IMG/VR virus record: IMGVR_UViG_3300043466_001519
Location: 49,986 to 113,985 of that record
Strand: one strand, 5' to 3'
Length of the DNA: 64,000 bases
Origin: a virus
Taxonomy: Duplodnaviria; Caudoviricetes
The position numbers were made by a program, and so were the translations under genes. Of the stretch, positions 1 to 10,086 are shown piece after piece (the stretch's first letter is position 1; the number at the start of each line of letters is the position of its first letter). Under the pieces are notes generated by a model. That model was given only the letters and a program-made list of their open reading frames with translations. It was not told the DNA's origin and ran no database searches.

Positions 1-77
1 AAGTTTGTGCATTAACAACTACTACCACAACTACAATTCCGCTAACTACTACTACTACTACTACTAATATAACATAA
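1..77 (+). CDS. 3' end of Thr-rich virion protein (partial)
   Basis: Frame 3 reads VCALTTTTTTTIPLTTTTTTTNIT*, TAA at 75-77. Confidence 0.7.
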   Translation, partial: VCALTTTTTTTIPLTTTTTTTNIT

Positions 78-87
78 ACATTAAGTA

Positions 88-855
88 ATGGCAAATTGCT
101 CTCAAATAAATAATACAACTATAAAAGGAACGAGTGCTGTCAAATATGATAGCACTCCACTTCCTTGTACAGATGTAAGTACATGTGATGGGTTAAATGA
201 TATTCTTAGTAAGTTTGATGCTGTTATATGTGATGTTAAAACTAGTGTTGATTCTATTACAGAAGATGTGATAAATCTTACAGAAGACATAATGATTATA
301 ACAGAAGATGTAATCAATATAAATAATCAATTAGAGATATGTTGTCCTACCACAACTACAACAACAACATTACCTCCAACAACTACCACTACCACTACGT
401 TACCTGTAACTACAACTACAACTAGTAGCAGTAGTTCAACTACTACCACTACTTCTTCTTCTACAAGTACATCAACTAGTACGACTAGTAGCACATCTAC
501 AAGTACATCTACTAGTACATCAACAACCACTAGTACAACTACTACATTGACTCCAACAACCACTACCACTACAACTACTAGTGGTCTAATGCAAGGTTCA
601 ATATCAAGTACATCTCATCCAACAGATGCTTGTAGTTCAACTTTAGATACTGGATGTTGGATTTCTAATACTGGAGGTTTTCCTGGTAGTGAAGTAATTA
701 CAGTAAGTAGTGTTGTTTATACAAATCCTGGAGGAACAATTCCATTTGCAGGTGATGGTGACTTTTATCATGTAGAAATTGATTTTAGTCCAGTTTCTAC
801 AAATTGTCAAATTAATTCAACTGGAAACGTTGTTTCTGCAATAGACCTATGTTAG
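88..855 (+). CDS. Cys/Thr/Ser-rich putative virion decoration protein with mucin-like tract
   Basis: 255 aa; N-terminal YDSTPLPC..D.L..IL.K module, coiled coil, CCP then about 78 aa Thr/Ser tract, small C-terminal domain. Confidence 0.75.
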   Translation: MANCSQINNTTIKGTSAVKYDSTPLPCTDVSTCDGLNDILSKFDAVICDVKTSVDSITEDVINLTEDIMIITEDVININNQLEICCPTTTTTTTLPPTTTTTTTLPVTTTTTSSSSSTTTTTSSSTSTSTSTTSSTSTSTSTSTSTTTSTTTTLTPTTTTTTTTSGLMQGSISSTSHPTDACSSTLDTGCWISNTGGFPGSEVITVSSVVYTNPGGTIPFAGDGDFYHVEIDFSPVSTNCQINSTGNVVSAIDLC

Positions 856-885
856 TTTAAATAATAATTTAAAAATCAATAACTT

Positions 886-1170
886 ATGACAGTATTAATA
901 ACATTAACAACCGCTGGAACTGATTCAGGACCATTTGATTTATATTCAAACTTAGATGGCTATTCATCAGCTTTTGAATCAGGAGTCTCTAAAGCATCCT
1001 TGCTTGCAGGATATGCTTCTGCTCTTGTTCCTGATTATACAACAACCGTTAGAATAAAATCAAATGGGACGTGTGTGAATTATGTAGATATTGTATTAGA
1101 AAATACAACTACTACTACTACAACAGTTGCACCAAGTACTACAACTACTACCACCACTATAGTACCTTAA
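886..1170 (+). CDS. small structural protein with poly-Thr tail
   Basis: ITLTTAGTDSGPFDLYS module (paralogous to N-terminus of ORF at 10086); C-terminal Thr tracts. Confidence 0.8.
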   Translation: MTVLITLTTAGTDSGPFDLYSNLDGYSSAFESGVSKASLLAGYASALVPDYTTTVRIKSNGTCVNYVDIVLENTTTTTTTVAPSTTTTTTTIVP

Positions 1171-1211
1171 CAAAAATATAAAAACTTTGTTTTGTTGGTT
1201 TTACAAAGTTT

Positions 1212-1246
1212 CTCCTCGAGGTTATCCTCGGGGAGTTTTTGTTTTT
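1212..1246 (+). terminator. Rho-independent terminator
   Basis: CTCCTCGAGG-TTAT-CCTCGGGGAG hairpin followed by TTTTTGTTTTT. Confidence 0.85.
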
Positions 1247-1321
1247 AACTAATTTGATTATAAATAATTACAGCTCTAATTAAAATTATTTGGAATATAT
1301 AAAAACTATTAATTATCTTTA
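1246..1321 (+). promoter_or_regulatory. Bacteroidota-type promoter with upstream 15-bp quasi-palindrome
   Basis: TTTG 1289-1292, 21-nt spacer, TATCTTTA 1314-1321; TAACTAATTTGATTA at 1246-1260. Confidence 0.6.
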
Positions 1322-1350
1322 CAATATTTTTTTAACTAATATGAATATAT

Positions 1351-2565
1351 ATGTCTGAAAATCAAAGCTTATTAGGTCAATTGGAAGAACTACTTAGACA
1401 AAAAAAGAGTAAAAAATTCTATGCTGAAAGACTTGGAATAAGCGAGTTTGAAGTTAATGAGCTTTTAAAAGAGCTTAGGGAAAAAGACAATGAAGATGTA
1501 ATAAAAACTATTGCAGAAGAACGCAAAGTAAATGTTGAGAGAGGTACAATAGAGAGTACAATTGTATCTGACTTTGATCCTAAAGATGATCTTGAGTTAG
1601 CTAAGCTACACAAGATAAACTTAGACAAATATGTAATAACAAACTATTGGTCTAAGATGTTACCAAGTGGTAAATTTACTTCCTCAGTGTTTTCAAAAAG
1701 AAAACAAGCAGAAGATTACTCTCCTGAAGACTTTGCTAAGTTTTTAGAAAACTACAAACCAACTAACATAGAAGTTAAAAAACCAAATCCATTAGCTAAT
1801 AAAGATCATGTAGATGTAGAAATCTCAATAGCAGATTATCATTTAGCTAAGAGAACAGTAGATGGTGATAATGACCCAACAACTAGAGCTTTAAGATATG
1901 TTATAATGGCTCAGTCTTTGATTGAGAAAGTTAAAGCAAACTACAACATAAACACTGTTGTTCTACCTATATCAAACGATTTCTTCCACACTGATAACTA
2001 TCAACATCAAACTACAAACGGTACTCCACAAGACACTATAATGGATTATGCAGAAGAATATGAATTAGGTTTTGGAGTTCTTGTAGATACAATCAATATG
2101 TTGAGACAACATGCTAACAATGTCACTGTTGTTCTTGTACAAGGAAATCATGACAGAACTAAATCTTATTATCTAGCACATGCATTAGATGTGTTCTTTA
2201 GAGATGCATTAGATGTAGAGTTTATAAGAGAACATTCTGTTATAAAAGGAATCACATTAGGAAATACATTTATTGGATGGCACCATGGTAATTGTAAGAT
2301 AGAAGATCTTCCATTATTATTTGCAACACATTCTAAATATAGTCATCAATTTGGTGATGCTGTTTACAGAGAAGTTCATACAGGCGATAAACATCACTAT
2401 ATGGCTAAAGAAGTGAAGGGAGTAAGAATACAACAAATGCCTAGCTTATCTGGAACAGATAGATGGCACTTAGATAATAACTACGTACATTCAGTGCGTG
2501 CAGCTCTTGCTTTAGTCTATGATCGTAATCTAGGTAAAATAGCAGAGTTTGAAACTCGAATATAA
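1351..2565 (+). CDS. calcineurin-like metallophosphoesterase with N-terminal HTH-like region
   Basis: Motifs ADYH, NDFFH, GNHD, HHG, GDKHH. Confidence 0.8.
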   Translation: MSENQSLLGQLEELLRQKKSKKFYAERLGISEFEVNELLKELREKDNEDVIKTIAEERKVNVERGTIESTIVSDFDPKDDLELAKLHKINLDKYVITNYWSKMLPSGKFTSSVFSKRKQAEDYSPEDFAKFLENYKPTNIEVKKPNPLANKDHVDVEISIADYHLAKRTVDGDNDPTTRALRYVIMAQSLIEKVKANYNINTVVLPISNDFFHTDNYQHQTTNGTPQDTIMDYAEEYELGFGVLVDTINMLRQHANNVTVVLVQGNHDRTKSYYLAHALDVFFRDALDVEFIREHSVIKGITLGNTFIGWHHGNCKIEDLPLLFATHSKYSHQFGDAVYREVHTGDKHHYMAKEVKGVRIQQMPSLSGTDRWHLDNNYVHSVRAALALVYDRNLGKIAEFETRI

Positions 2566-2567
2566 AT

Positions 2568-3296
2568 ATGGCAACATTAAGAAAATTAGTATCAGATGTT
2601 AGAAGTGTCCACAAGATACTTTCTACAGATAGTCTTATTACAGATAGAGCAATTGCTTCTGAAATAAGAAACAATGCTTTGTTACTTATAAAAAGAGAAA
2701 CCAATCTTAGAAAACTTTGGGCAACTGATACATTGTTCACTACTATTCCTTGTTTAGAGATGATAGAAGTGCCTATCTCTGAATGTTGTAATTATGTAGA
2801 TGAATGCACTATTGCTAGAACAAAATTTAAACTCCCACGTATATCAGAAGGTAATTACCAATATGTAATACAAGGAGTTTATTCTATTAATGCATTAGGT
2901 GGTCAAGGAAAGAAGTTAAAAGAAATTACTATTAATAGATATATCAATCTTTTAAGACTTCCTATAATCAAGAAAGAAGAGTATTATTGGATTACTAATG
3001 GATATCTATATGTAAACAATCCAATGATTAAATCAATTAGGTTTGTAGCATTATTTGAAGAAGATGTAGAAAATGAAATCATGTATCCAGAATGTGGATG
3101 TGGATCTCCAGAGTATACATTAGATGAGATATGTAAGAATCCATTAGATAAAGAGTTTCCTCTTCCTGGATACTTAGAGCAACAAACATTACAACTTACA
3201 TCTCAAAAACTTTTATCTACATACTTCAATCTTAAAACAGATATGAGTGCAGAAGGAATAGATGGACAAGCACCTAACTCAAAACCAAATAGTTAA
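2568..3296 (+). CDS. putative tail ring/neck structural protein (crAss-like)
   Basis: Position before IHF-like, tail tubular and stabilisation genes; C-terminal PLDKEFPLP motif typical of crAss ring proteins (recalled, not searched). Confidence 0.55.
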   Translation: MATLRKLVSDVRSVHKILSTDSLITDRAIASEIRNNALLLIKRETNLRKLWATDTLFTTIPCLEMIEVPISECCNYVDECTIARTKFKLPRISEGNYQYVIQGVYSINALGGQGKKLKEITINRYINLLRLPIIKKEEYYWITNGYLYVNNPMIKSIRFVALFEEDVENEIMYPECGCGSPEYTLDEICKNPLDKEFPLPGYLEQQTLQLTSQKLLSTYFNLKTDMSAEGIDGQAPNSKPNS

Positions 3297-3775
3297 TGAG
3301 AACGAAGATTGATTGGAGAAGCTCTAGTAAAGAAAACTATAATCAGTTTTGTAAAAAACACCCTTCTATAAAACTTACATATGATGAGTGGAGAAATATT
3401 CTCTATACATTCAATGAGTTATTTAAAGAATACATTTTAGAAACAGGTGATAAAGCAAAACTACCTTATGGGTTTGGAGAGTTCTCAATCAATAAAAAGA
3501 AAAGAAGAAAACTAAAAAATAATATAGATGGCAAAGAGTTTGTAAACCTACCTATTGACTGGCAAAAAACTAAAGAGAAAGGTAAGGTTATATACAACTT
3601 CAATTATCACACAGAAGGATTTTTCTTTGGATGGATGTGGTTTAAATCAACAGCACGTTTTAAACATTCTGATCTATGGTATTTCAAACCTTCTAGACTT
3701 ACATCAAGACTTTTATCGCATTACTTAAAAACCAACGACAAGTATCAACACATTTATCGTGAATGGAAAAAATAA
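3296..3775 (+). CDS. IHF/HU-like DNA-binding protein
   Basis: Basic; ILETGDKAKLPYGFGEFSI resembles the HU/IHF GFGxF signature; crAss tail modules carry an IHF-like gene here. Confidence 0.65.
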   Translation: MRTKIDWRSSSKENYNQFCKKHPSIKLTYDEWRNILYTFNELFKEYILETGDKAKLPYGFGEFSINKKKRRKLKNNIDGKEFVNLPIDWQKTKEKGKVIYNFNYHTEGFFFGWMWFKSTARFKHSDLWYFKPSRLTSRLLSHYLKTNDKYQHIYREWKK

Positions 3776-3781
3776 TAAACT

Positions 3782-4756
3782 ATGTCATACTACTATAAAT
3801 ATAATTTCGTATCACCAGAACCTGTTTATGCCACTGTTAAAGAAGAACTTAAAAGTTATTTCGATACTGGTGCAATAGATGATCTTTTATTTCCTACTTA
3901 TTTAGATAAAGCTCTAAAGAAGTTAGGAAGAACTACATTTGTAATAAGTGAAGAAATCTTGTTTATAGAAGATTTTCAAGCTAGACTTCCTGATAACTTT
4001 TATGCTGTAAGAGAAGCTTGGATGTGTACAGAAGTTTCTGGATATCCATATCAATCAGCTAATTCATTTTATTCACAAGCTGCTAGTGCAACCACTATTC
4101 AAGTGGCTCCATTAACTATTGGAGGAACTCCTTGTAACAGACCAGGTTGTCAAGATCCTGCATGTAATGGTACATGTATGCCAGAATTAGTACAAGCTGT
4201 ATACAAAACAAACAACACTGTTGCTAGAGGATTTACTCATCAGTATTTACTTAAACCTGGTAATATATCTGCAAAACAAAACTGTGGAGTGGAATATACA
4301 AACAATTGGGACTTCTATGCTGAAGCTCCTCCTATTCATGAATTCACTCCTGGTGCTGCTAGTTACGATAGTTTTGATATTAGAGACAATAAGTTTGTAA
4401 CTAATTTTAGAAATGGTGTTGTACATTTATTATTCTATGCTACAGAATATGATGAAATAGGTAATCAAATGATTCCAGACAATTATCGTATTAGAGAATA
4501 TGTAGAAGCATTCATTAAATTTAAAATGTTTGAAACTCTTACTAATCAAACTAATGATGAAACTTTCAATCAGTTGCAACAAAAAATGATGTATCATAAA
4601 CAAGCTTATGAAGAATCTTACATCATGGCTGAGATTGAAATGAAGAAACAAACTCCTTGGGAGAAACAAAGAAGAATTAAAAACGATCTTAAAAGATTTA
4701 ATATGTATGAGCTTCCTAACCGTACTAATAGATATGGTAGAAGACGTAACAATTAA
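3782..4756 (+). CDS. putative tail tubular/ring protein (P22 gp4-like)
   Basis: Synteny; C-terminal DEIGNQMIPDN...EA.I..K pattern typical of crAss tail tubular proteins. Confidence 0.55.
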   Translation: MSYYYKYNFVSPEPVYATVKEELKSYFDTGAIDDLLFPTYLDKALKKLGRTTFVISEEILFIEDFQARLPDNFYAVREAWMCTEVSGYPYQSANSFYSQAASATTIQVAPLTIGGTPCNRPGCQDPACNGTCMPELVQAVYKTNNTVARGFTHQYLLKPGNISAKQNCGVEYTNNWDFYAEAPPIHEFTPGAASYDSFDIRDNKFVTNFRNGVVHLLFYATEYDEIGNQMIPDNYRIREYVEAFIKFKMFETLTNQTNDETFNQLQQKMMYHKQAYEESYIMAEIEMKKQTPWEKQRRIKNDLKRFNMYELPNRTNRYGRRRNN

Positions 4757-4761
4757 TAACC

Positions 4762-7700
4762 ATGGCTGAAGAACAACAACAAGGAAACATTAAGCAGGAG
4801 TATAATAATGCCACTGTAGGACTGAACATGGATCAATCTGTTAATCAGATTAAACCAGGTACTCTTACATATGCATTGAATGCTGCTGTTGAAAACTTTG
4901 ATGCTAATTCTGTAAACTACCAGAATGAGCCAGGGAATGAATTATGTATTAGTTTCCCTAACGGATATTCCTTAATTGGAAGTCATTTTATACAGGAAAG
5001 AAACAAGTTTATTTTCTTTTTAGCTAACTCTTCTACAGGAGAAAGTGAAATAGGACAGATGATTAATAATGATTGTATTTACAGAACAATTGTAAATGCT
5101 AATTGTTTAAACTTTAACATTGACCATCCTATACCTAAAGTTGTTCATAGAATAACAAACTGCTCTACAGAGATTTATTGGACAGATGGATTTAATCCTA
5201 GAAGATATATGGACATTGATAATGTGCCTTATGTAACAGAGATTATTCCTAATTCTTGTAGTGTACTTACATTAGATGAATTAGATTGTAATAAATTAAA
5301 AATACAACCTAATTTTAATATTCCTCAATTAGAAATTATAGATGTAATTTCAGGAGGAGATTTAATTGCAGGTACTTATCAATTTGGTATACAATATACA
5401 GATGCACAAGGTAGTCCATACACTTCTTTCTATTCTATAACAAATCCTACACCTATTGCAGATCCAGACTTCACTACAGTGAATTTTAACTATCCTGTAG
5501 GAAAGTCAATAGTTATTGATATAACTAATTTAGATACAACAGGAAAGTATCAATATTATAACTTAGCTGTAATAAAAACAATTAATGGTATTTCATCAGT
5601 TGAACTTGTTGGAACATACTTCATAGATAATTTTACACAACAAATAACTTATACAGGACAAAGTAAAACTGATATAAGACTTTCTATAAATGATATATTT
5701 GAAAAGTTTCCATACTATGATGTAGCAGGAGATTTAACTGCAGTGCAAGATGTTTTAGTTTGGGATAAACTATCTACAATAGATAGAGTGAATTATCAAA
5801 AAATAGCTAATCAAATAACTCTTCAGTGGGAAAGTTGGAGAATACCTTCTACAGAAAGTTATGCAGATGAAGTGAATGCAACAAACTTACGTGGGTACTT
5901 GCGTGATGAAGTGTATGCACTTGAGATTGTATTCTTATTAAGAAATGGAAAACAAACAGATGGTTTTCATATTCCAGGTAGAAAACAAACAAACAATGAG
6001 ATAGTAAGTCAACCAGATGTTCCAAACACCAATCCTGATTTTATAGGAGAAGGAACTTCTGCTCCTTATTGGAAAATATATAATACAGCTTCTGTAATAG
6101 GAACATCTCCACAATTCTCTGATGAGCCTAGTTATAAAGGACCATATCAATTTGGTCAATTTGCTTATTGGGAATCTACAGAAACTTATCCTTGTAATGT
6201 AGAAGTTTGGGGAGACTTAGCTAATCAACAAATTAGACATCATAAGTTTCCTGATATATTAATTAGTCCTTCATTTGAATCTTCTGTTCCTGTAATTGTT
6301 TCAGATAGATATCAAGTGGAAATGCAACAATCTAGTGCAATTTATCCTATTGGTATAAAAATTAACAACGAACAGGTTATAGAATTAATTAGAGAGTCTA
6401 ATTTAACAAATGAAGAGAAAGATGATATTGTAGGATATAAAATTGTTCGTGGTGATAGAAGTACAAATAGATCTATTGTTGCTAAAGGTATTCTTCGTAA
6501 CGTAGGAAGCTATGTTAAAGAAGAAGAAACATATTACTATCCAAACTATCCATATAATGATCTTAGTGAAGATGCATTTTTAAATGCTAATAATAATGCA
6601 TATTTTGAATCATGTGAATCTTTTGATATCATTGTTCGTAGTTTTAATAATGAAGATGAATTAGGTCCATATACAGCAGTTAGATATACTGATTGTAATA
6701 CAAACAAAGAAATAATAAAAAAAATATATGAACTTCATCTTGAAAACAATCCTTTAAAAATTTGTTCAATTATAAAACCTACATTCTTAGGAGAAGGTGT
6801 ATTTAATAAAGTGGAACAAGTAAGATGGGATTCTGGTCCTGTAGCTTATGGATATGCTTCTTATCAAATTACACCAGGAATTCCAGGATATGTTCCAGAT
6901 GATAAAAAATGTGTAGCTTATTCTAGATATGCAAATTATGACATTTGGACTGTTGGAGCTGAAAATGGTAGAGCTGGTATAACTGTATATTTTGATGATG
7001 CTGTAGAAGGACCTATAGAAAGTCCTTGGATAGGTTCTGGTCATAATCTTAAAATATATGTAAGAGTTGGAACTTTTCCTACATTAGGTAGAGGAAAAAG
7101 AAAAAACTTTTCAAAAGATTCTGAAGTAAGAGATCCAGGTTGTAAAGAAGAAGAACCTCTAGCTCCATTATCAGAATCTCTTACAAACAGACAAATATTT
7201 AATTCTCCAGAAACATCTTTTGGACAACCGTTCTTAGGTGATGTATTAAAGCTTGAGAATGTAATGTATGGTGGTGGTAGAGCTCACTTTGTTGAAGTGA
7301 GAGACAATGCTAAGTATAGATTATTAAGTAAAGAAGCTCAACAAGTTGCATTACAAAGTTCTTCAAACATTGCTGGAGGAGATATTGTTGCATTGTTTGC
7401 AGCTTATCAGGCTTATTTAGAAATATACATTAATGGTATAACTAGAAAAAACTATGCATACTCATTTAATTCTATAGCTAGTTACAGTTATCATTCTCCT
7501 GTATACAATAATTTAGGAATCAAACAAAGAAATCTTGATATAAAAAGATATTTAATTCCTGGATTACAAAACGTTGGTGATGATAACAATATTAATAATT
7601 ACAATAGAGAAACTTCTGTCTATTTAAAAACAGATGATAGTCTTCCTTTTCCTAGTAAAACAGATTCATTAGTTTACTTAGGGAATTCTTTAATTGAAGA

Positions 7701-10086
7701 TAATTCTAGATTTACAATTGGGGGAACTAACGCTTGTGCCACTCCACAGAGAGAACAAGACATTAATGTTGTTTCATATTATGGATCAATTAAAAATATT
7801 GTTCCTGGACAATGGGGTCAAATATATTCATATGAGAAAGTGGATACAGGGTTTCAAGTGATATTTTCACAATTTACTCCTACAGAATCCACTATATTTG
7901 GAGGAGATACATTCATTGGTAAATTTGCATTTAAAACAAAACTTCCTTTCTTTTTACAAAATAGAGTGAATGCTCCTGATGATTCAGATGTGTTTTATGA
8001 TGCAATTGGAAACATTGCTTATCCAAAATACTGGCATTCTGCAAGAAGCGTATTACGTAATGCAACAGCTGCGAACCAGCAATTAGTAAACTTTATTTCA
8101 TATAAAGCTCATAATTTTGATTGCCCTAATGATACAACACAATACACAAGTATTAATTCACCTAGTGAGTTAACTTATTATGATGGATATTTTTATATGT
8201 TTGCATATGGTGTTCCTAACTTCTATTGTGAGAGTTCTTATAATTTAGATCTTAGACAAGCATTCAATAATAGAGAAGGTGATTTCTGGCCACATGTATC
8301 TACAAGTATTCCTGATGCATGGGTGCAACAATCATTTGTTCCTATTGAGCAAGATAATACATATTATTATAATGTAACTTTCTCAAAACAAAATAAAGAA
8401 AATTCATTTACGAATCTTCCTATTGATTGGAATTCAATCTGTTCTACGTATTATCCTTTTAGAACTATTTATTCTGAAAAGCAATTTACAGATGCAGATA
8501 ATAAAGTGAATAACTGGTTAATATACAGAGCTCTTTCTTTTTATGATTTTCCACAAAACTATGGAAATCTTATATCATTAGATGGTATTCAAAACAGAGC
8601 AATCCTTGCTAGGTTTGAAAACAAATCATTAATGTATAATAACTTATTAACTATTGATACAAGTAATCCACAAGCAGCATATGTAGGTAACCCTAACATG
8701 TTTAGTGCACCTCCTATTGATTTTGCTGAAACAGATCTTGGATATGTAGGAACACAGAATAAGTTTTTATTAAAGATTCCTCAAGGACAAATAACCATTG
8801 ATGCTAAACGTGGACAAATATTTCTTATACAAGGAACAGAAGCTGTAGATATGACAGCATTTGGTTCTGGTGTAAATAGATTTATGACAGACAATTTACC
8901 ATTTAAAATATTAAAATATTTTCCAAATGTAGACACTGATAACAATTTTAATGGAATAGGTTTACATGGAGTGTTTGATGCTAAATTTGATAGAGTGATA
9001 ATTACAAAATTAGATTATGTGCCTTTAGATGAAGATATTAAATATGACGAAGTTAATAAAGAATTTTATGTTGAAAACATAATTAATGATGTTGTTTTTA
9101 GAGATGTAGTTTATTTAGATGATGCTGAATTTTTCTGTAACAGATCATTTACAATATCATTTAATTTTAATACAAAATCTTGGGTTTCTTTCCATAGCTA
9201 TGTTCCTAATTTTTATATAGCAGAAAATAACTTCTTTTATACAGGACTTAATGGATGTTGTGATTCTGTAAATGGAGAAGCTACATTTACTGCTTTAGTA
9301 GGAGAGATAGATAGAACTAAACCAACAACAACCTCCACTACAAGTGCTGCACCTATACCTTTACCTACTACAACAACAACTAGTACATTAGCATTAGATT
9401 GTGAATTAGAAGGAACAATTATTGAAACATATTGTAACCTTGAAGGAGATGCTATAATAACTGTTCCTCCTACAACTACCACTACAATATGTCAAAGAGG
9501 TAATCTTTCCAGTGATAATTTATTTATAACAGGATATTCTGAAAGTTGTGATACAAATATATTAGATACAACAGGAAGTTTTGAAGATGCTTGTTTAGGA
9601 ATAGAGTATTTGAATACAAATGAAGATTGGTCTTACATAAATATAGAAACAATATCTGTAGCATATAATGAATTAGAAATAGGACAAATTGTTTATCTTG
9701 ATGCATATTCTACAGATTGTACATTAGTTCCTGATGGTTTTTATTTTACAGAAGAAAGTGCGTTTGATACCACTGTTTATCAAGTAGAATCAGGAGTGAT
9801 TGTAGGAATTTATAATTGTGGTACAACAACTACTACTACAACATTTGTTCCTGATACATATTGTTATAACGTAACTATTTATGGTAGCGTAGTTTTAATC
9901 TGGACAGATGGATCAAATGTCACTCATTATGATGAATATTCAGATACATTTGTAACGTTATGTGCACAATACGAATCTATATCATTTGAAACAGATTCTG
10001 ATGGATATATATTTATTCAAGCTTGTGGAGATCCTTGTACAGAAGTTATAGATTGTCCAACCACAACAACAACCACTACTATATAA
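4762..10086 (+). CDS. tail stabilisation/muzzle protein (P22 gp10-like), N-terminal part, with Thr-rich C-terminal modules
   Basis: 1774 aa; GLNMD..YALNA..NEPGN start, IYWTDG.NP.R, GYLRDEVY, WVSFHSY motifs; poly-Thr blocks after about 9320. Confidence 0.75.
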   Translation: MAEEQQQGNIKQEYNNATVGLNMDQSVNQIKPGTLTYALNAAVENFDANSVNYQNEPGNELCISFPNGYSLIGSHFIQERNKFIFFLANSSTGESEIGQMINNDCIYRTIVNANCLNFNIDHPIPKVVHRITNCSTEIYWTDGFNPRRYMDIDNVPYVTEIIPNSCSVLTLDELDCNKLKIQPNFNIPQLEIIDVISGGDLIAGTYQFGIQYTDAQGSPYTSFYSITNPTPIADPDFTTVNFNYPVGKSIVIDITNLDTTGKYQYYNLAVIKTINGISSVELVGTYFIDNFTQQITYTGQSKTDIRLSINDIFEKFPYYDVAGDLTAVQDVLVWDKLSTIDRVNYQKIANQITLQWESWRIPSTESYADEVNATNLRGYLRDEVYALEIVFLLRNGKQTDGFHIPGRKQTNNEIVSQPDVPNTNPDFIGEGTSAPYWKIYNTASVIGTSPQFSDEPSYKGPYQFGQFAYWESTETYPCNVEVWGDLANQQIRHHKFPDILISPSFESSVPVIVSDRYQVEMQQSSAIYPIGIKINNEQVIELIRESNLTNEEKDDIVGYKIVRGDRSTNRSIVAKGILRNVGSYVKEEETYYYPNYPYNDLSEDAFLNANNNAYFESCESFDIIVRSFNNEDELGPYTAVRYTDCNTNKEIIKKIYELHLENNPLKICSIIKPTFLGEGVFNKVEQVRWDSGPVAYGYASYQITPGIPGYVPDDKKCVAYSRYANYDIWTVGAENGRAGITVYFDDAVEGPIESPWIGSGHNLKIYVRVGTFPTLGRGKRKNFSKDSEVRDPGCKEEEPLAPLSESLTNRQIFNSPETSFGQPFLGDVLKLENVMYGGGRAHFVEVRDNAKYRLLSKEAQQVALQSSSNIAGGDIVALFAAYQAYLEIYINGITRKNYAYSFNSIASYSYHSPVYNNLGIKQRNLDIKRYLIPGLQNVGDDNNINNYNRETSVYLKTDDSLPFPSKTDSLVYLGNSLIEDNSRFTIGGTNACATPQREQDINVVSYYGSIKNIVPGQWGQIYSYEKVDTGFQVIFSQFTPTESTIFGGDTFIGKFAFKTKLPFFLQNRVNAPDDSDVFYDAIGNIAYPKYWHSARSVLRNATAANQQLVNFISYKAHNFDCPNDTTQYTSINSPSELTYYDGYFYMFAYGVPNFYCESSYNLDLRQAFNNREGDFWPHVSTSIPDAWVQQSFVPIEQDNTYYYNVTFSKQNKENSFTNLPIDWNSICSTYYPFRTIYSEKQFTDADNKVNNWLIYRALSFYDFPQNYGNLISLDGIQNRAILARFENKSLMYNNLLTIDTSNPQAAYVGNPNMFSAPPIDFAETDLGYVGTQNKFLLKIPQGQITIDAKRGQIFLIQGTEAVDMTAFGSGVNRFMTDNLPFKILKYFPNVDTDNNFNGIGLHGVFDAKFDRVIITKLDYVPLDEDIKYDEVNKEFYVENIINDVVFRDVVYLDDAEFFCNRSFTISFNFNTKSWVSFHSYVPNFYIAENNFFYTGLNGCCDSVNGEATFTALVGEIDRTKPTTTSTTSAAPIPLPTTTTTSTLALDCELEGTIIETYCNLEGDAIITVPPTTTTTICQRGNLSSDNLFITGYSESCDTNILDTTGSFEDACLGIEYLNTNEDWSYINIETISVAYNELEIGQIVYLDAYSTDCTLVPDGFYFTEESAFDTTVYQVESGVIVGIYNCGTTTTTTTFVPDTYCYNVTIYGSVVLIWTDGSNVTHYDEYSDTFVTLCAQYESISFETDSDGYIFIQACGDPCTEVIDCPTTTTTTTI

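Noticed and set aside
327-569. Minus-strand poly-Val ORF (also 9237-9482 and similar)
   Set aside because: Antisense shadow of Thr codons (ACN reads as Val-rich on the other strand)
340-585. CRISPR array or DNA tandem repeat
   Set aside because: Degenerate trinucleotide coding repeat; no constant repeat with unique spacers anywhere in the window
1259-1266. T4-type late promoter TATAAATA
   Set aside because: An AT-only 8-mer is expected by chance here and no gp55-like sigma is seen; treated only as part of the longer motif
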